Shown: positions 60,228 to 64,000 of the stretch, one piece after another
How positions within the stretch are numbered: the stretch's first letter is position 1
Layout: every line of letters begins with the position of its first letter
NCBI RefSeq assembly: GCF_018977255.1
Contig: NW_024704754.1
Location: 14,012,001 to 14,076,000, forward strand
From: Callorhinchus milii
Taxonomy: Eukaryota
Direction: 5' to 3'
DNA: 64,000 nt
Translations under genes and position numbers: made by a program
The notes under the pieces: model-generated
What the model saw: only the letters and a program-made list of their open reading frames with translations
What the model was told of the DNA's origin: nothing
The model's database searches: none

Positions 60228-60575
60228 CTAATGCTCACTTTACACCAAGCAAGCGAGAGGACCTGGGTTTGATTCCCAGGTGGGGCAAAACCTTATGCAA
60301 GTTTCCTTACTCCATACACTTCTGTTTACCGAGCAGGAAGTAGCAATACGGTTGTTGGTCGATTGGCAGATCACTTTCCATGGGTAATAATTCCTTCAAA
60401 TTAATAAATAAAATAATAGTAATAATTTGGTTACTAAATCCACGAATGTTTGTGGGACACTGCTGTACGCAATGAGCTGCCGCATTTCACCCACAAAATA
60501 TACAGTCAATCCATTTTACAGAATATTCTGTGAAGCGCTTTGAGACGTCTCAATGACAACGATAAGGCACTATAT
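60228..60575 (+). mobile_element. tRNA-derived SINE, same family
   Basis: B box gggtttgattccc plus body and tail. Confidence 0.75.
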
Positions 60576-61724
60576 TGTTGGATTCTCTGTAATTTACAAT
60601 GAGACCAGACTATGTCTCATCCAAGGGTTTATATTTTGTCCTGATATGACTATTCAGGAGAAAACTTAATGCGATAGTTACAGAAATACAGGACAACACA
60701 AATAAAAAATATACTTGCCAGTCCTGGGAGCTGGCCGGGAGACACTGAATGTTCTTGTCTGATAATAATTCTACTCAATTTATTGTTGGATCCTCATACC
60801 CTGTTTGTTCAAATTGCTTTTGCCTTTCCTTTGACACAGCGCTCACCACATCTTCCAGACGTCTCAAGGCACCTCACAGAATGCACTGCAAAGTGAACCG
60901 ACCGCATGCTTTGCAGGCAAAACATTTACATCCCAACAATATTATACGCAAAGGATTCTTATTATTAAACACTGCATTTCATTGTAAAACAAACAGCTCA
61001 GTGCATTGTACCTTCCTTGTGTCCAATTCCTCTGACAGTAAGATCTTCACTCCGTTAAACTTGTGCAGGAGACTGGAAACACCAGCAGAACAGACATTAA
61101 TCAAAGCAATATGCAGAAACAAAAGGATATACAACCTCACAGACACACATACGTGTCCAGTAATAATCCTTACATGAGCATAGTTTCCTGAAAAGAAAAA
61201 GGAAGTGTACTGCACTATGGTTCAGTCAGCTGGGTGCCTGCTAAAATGTGGAAATTCATCACCAAGCTTAGCAGATAAGCGTTCCGCATATGTGTTCCAC
61301 TAACACACCAAAATTTCTGGAATGGAATTCACACAATCCCTGGAGTGACGCTTCCTGCTTATCTAATCTCCTCGAGTAACAGGCATAGATTGGCAAGGCA
61401 AGAGAGAAGGCTTCGGGACTTCAGAGTTTGCGTTGGGGTTACTGCTCGAGTCTAAGCAGCTAAAACCACACAGATTGCCACTTTGCACACAGCAAAGGTC
61501 TGTGGAGTGTCAGACGATATGATGACTGAGGAGGCTAAGGAGCTCCGCAGTCTCAAAAACCTTGTAAAAAAAGATGAGTTAGAGGAAAAGATGGTGTGAT
61601 TGAGTTTTGATTTCAAAGGGCAGGCAGTGTTGAGGACAGTCTTATTAGAGCTACAGGAATAGGAGAGAACAGGTCAGAGCAGCAAAGCCCAAATTAGTAT
61701 TGGTAAGTAACTTGCATTTGTACA

Positions 61725-62037
61725 GGACTCCTGCAGCTCAGTGGTTAGAGCACTCACCTCGCAAGCGAGGGACCTGGGTTCGACTCCTGACTGAGTGAAA
61801 CCTTGGGAAAGTTTCCGTACTTCACACGTCTGTTAATAATCCCTCAAGAGAAAAAAAAATAATAAATTGGTCACTTGAATCCACGACTGTTTGTAGGACG
61901 CTGCTGTGTGCAAATGGCTGCTGGGTTTCAGCCACAAATATAAGGTCAATTCGCTTGATAGAATATTCTGTGAAGCGCCTTGAGATGTCTAGAAGACATG
62001 AGAAGTGCTATATCAAATACAAGGATTATTATTATTA
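61725..62037 (+). mobile_element. tRNA-derived SINE, same family
   Basis: GCAGCTCAGTGGTTAGAGC..GGTTCGACTCC head and (ATT)n tail. Confidence 0.85.
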
Positions 62038-63138
62038 TAGACTCTTTCATGTAAGATAAATATCTCAAATAACTTTACAAAATATAATTCATTAGAGATG
62101 AAGAGAATATCATTATGTAGGCCATGGTGGTTCAACTATCTGATCTGTCACTTCCTCCCTGTCGTCCCTGTGACACTGGGAGCCAACTTCAATCTCGTCC
62201 TCAACAACACAGCCTTTCGATCCATTGGATTGCATTGAGAGTACTCCCGATTGAGTCAGACTGAGGTCTTGCATTTTTCACCCTTTTGTTTACCAATATT
62301 CCCCACATTCACCCGAGAAATATCATCATCACAAACAAGATGTTCAGAGGTTTTCTGGAGTTTGAGTGTCAACGGTGCACCGTGAAAGTATCAGCCACCA
62401 CAGCACAGACATGTGTTGGTCACACTCTCACAGACAGCAATCAGACAATTAGACAGAAGATTAGACAATCTTCAGCAGTCAGCGACACACCTCATGGTGC
62501 ACATCACACAGCACTGAGATGCAAGAGATGGGAGACACCATAAAACATAAAGCTTTATTAGAGGCCGTACAAAGCTACAGTACAGAACAAATGGCTCAAA
62601 TTCCAATTCCAGACTTCATTGCTATATCGTATTACATTCGAGTACAAATGTACCAATATTCACCTCACATTCCTTATGCAATGTTTAATATATTGACTGA
62701 CGTCTTGTGAATGAGAAACTCCTTTGAATGATTTTTTTTAAGCGATTTTGAAGATTTGGTTGGTTGGACCGGTCTAAACGGCAGCATTTCACACTGTAGC
62801 AGCGTCTGTTTAGACAGAGCCCCAAGCCTACCACAGGGTCATCAGGTCAGGGACAGGGAGCGCTGAGCAACCGAGAAGATGGAGCAAGTGCTGCTCCTAA
62901 AGAGAGCTAAGCCCCACAAGCAAGTCTTCAAAATAACAATAACAACCCTAGTTTGTGGCAATTAACCCTGAGCCGTGTAGCATGTCCCTCCCCTGTTTAA
63001 ATTCATCCTTATCCAAGGTGATGAATCTGTAACCCAAATACAGCCAATGTAACGGTTAAAATAGCGACCGTTCATGCCAGGGATTCTGAAATGTTCCCTC
63101 TCCTTCAGGATGGTGAAGTGTCCGTCTCTCTCTGGGTC

Positions 63139-63617
63139 TCATTGGGCTGCCAGCAGTACGCTGCCACCCTCCTCCCCGCTCAAAGCCGACTTAACGTCCC
63201 TAGGAATGGGAAACAAAGCTCAATTAAAACTAGCGCTGAATCTAACTTCACAGGCACAGGGAGAATCAACCCCTCCCCCTCGACTCCCTGGTCCACCCCC
63301 ATCCTCGTGCACAAACCCCTAAAGTCCTCATGTCAGATGGCTACCCTCACCCTCCAATGGAAAAAGGGTAAGTGGGGTTAGCAGAGGAGCTGTCACGGTT
63401 GAAAAGGGAAGAGGTCGCGAGTTATTCTTCTGATCTTCAGACATTCAACACAAGCAATAGTTATTCAGGTAATTTACCGTGAAGGGCACTGATCCTGGAG
63501 AGCTTTAGTAATGACTCCGTCCTTGTAACAACGATGCACAAATGTCTTGAGAATGCTGTAAGAGTTGGGGATGTCCAGACTAATATCCGGCATGGCCTCA
63601 AACACGCGCGTGAATCC
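63139..63617 (-). CDS. PDCD4: PDCD4-like gene, last two coding exons (the rest lies beyond the window end)
   Basis: Exon 63617-63478 (140 nt) GFTRVFEAMPDISLDIPNSYSILKTFVHRCYKDGVITKALQDQCPS(R) aligns to the C-terminal MA3 region of PDCD4 (GYERIYNEIPDINLDVPHSYSVLERFVEECFQAGIISKQLRDLCPSR). Phase-2 splice to 63199-63139 DVKSALSGEEGGSVLLAAQ*, the same length as the PDCD4 tail. Candidate AATAAA at 62554-62559. Confidence 0.85.
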
Positions 63618-64000
63618 CTGCAGAGCAGATAGGGGGGAAAGATGCAGGATTTAGCCATTGAAGAGCGAGTAAAACTGTGTGCCTTTGAAACTCATTCCAC
63701 AGCGCTGGCAAAATGTCAACAGAGATGAGTCCAGACGATTAAATGAATCACTGAGCTCAGAGAGGTCCACAAGCATTCACCAGTACATGCTGGGGGTTGG
63801 GCTTATCACAAGTGCAGTCACAGAATCCGCACGTCAAATATCCATGTGTTGGAGATATGACCAACAGCAGTGAGCAGCTCCTCTACAGAAGTCACATCAG
63901 GCAACAATATATGGAATTGGTTATTTGCACACAGACGCAGAAGGTTTCCAGGATCACAATCTTAATAAACCAGCAGCGAGAGTCACACACCCACACAGTT

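Noticed and set aside
61725-61800. tRNA gene (also heads at about 25020-25096, 37268-37340 and 55867-55940)
   Set aside because: A and B boxes are present, but there is no acceptor-stem pairing and each runs into SINE body and tail.
62160-63138. miR-21 site in the PDCD4-like 3' UTR
   Set aside because: I found only ATAAAGCT overlapping the poly(A) signal, not the ATAAGCT seed match.

Overview
Vertebrate genomic DNA with GT-AG introns and dense CR1/L2 LINE and tRNA-SINE content. The SINE/LINE mix points to a cartilaginous fish (inference). Four loci were reconstructed by hand from splice sites. (1) Siglec/CD22-like receptor A (+, 25-21943, about 1116 aa): signal peptide, V-set domain with the sialic-acid-binding Arg motif (YCFRFE), a C2 domain, six tandem near-identical heavily glycosylated C2 exons, a membrane-proximal Ig domain, an uncharged TM and a tail with six Tyr motifs. 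(2) A complete ARL3-like GTPase (+, 25749-36328, 187 aa). (3) Inverted paralog receptor B (-, 44322-55156): altered ligand-binding loop, one repeat exon that lost both cysteines in frame, a frameshifted membrane-proximal exon and a shortened tail. (4) The last two coding exons of a divergent PDCD4-like gene (-, 63139-63617), plus an inverted, frameshifted partial copy at about 39.6-40.8 kb. The best candidate for a new system is the convergent Siglec-like pair. The two arms show patchy homogenisation across the ligand-binding exons, diversification at the binding loop, and accordion-like gain and loss of ectodomain and signalling exons. Percent identities are eye estimates. No database search or alignment program was run.
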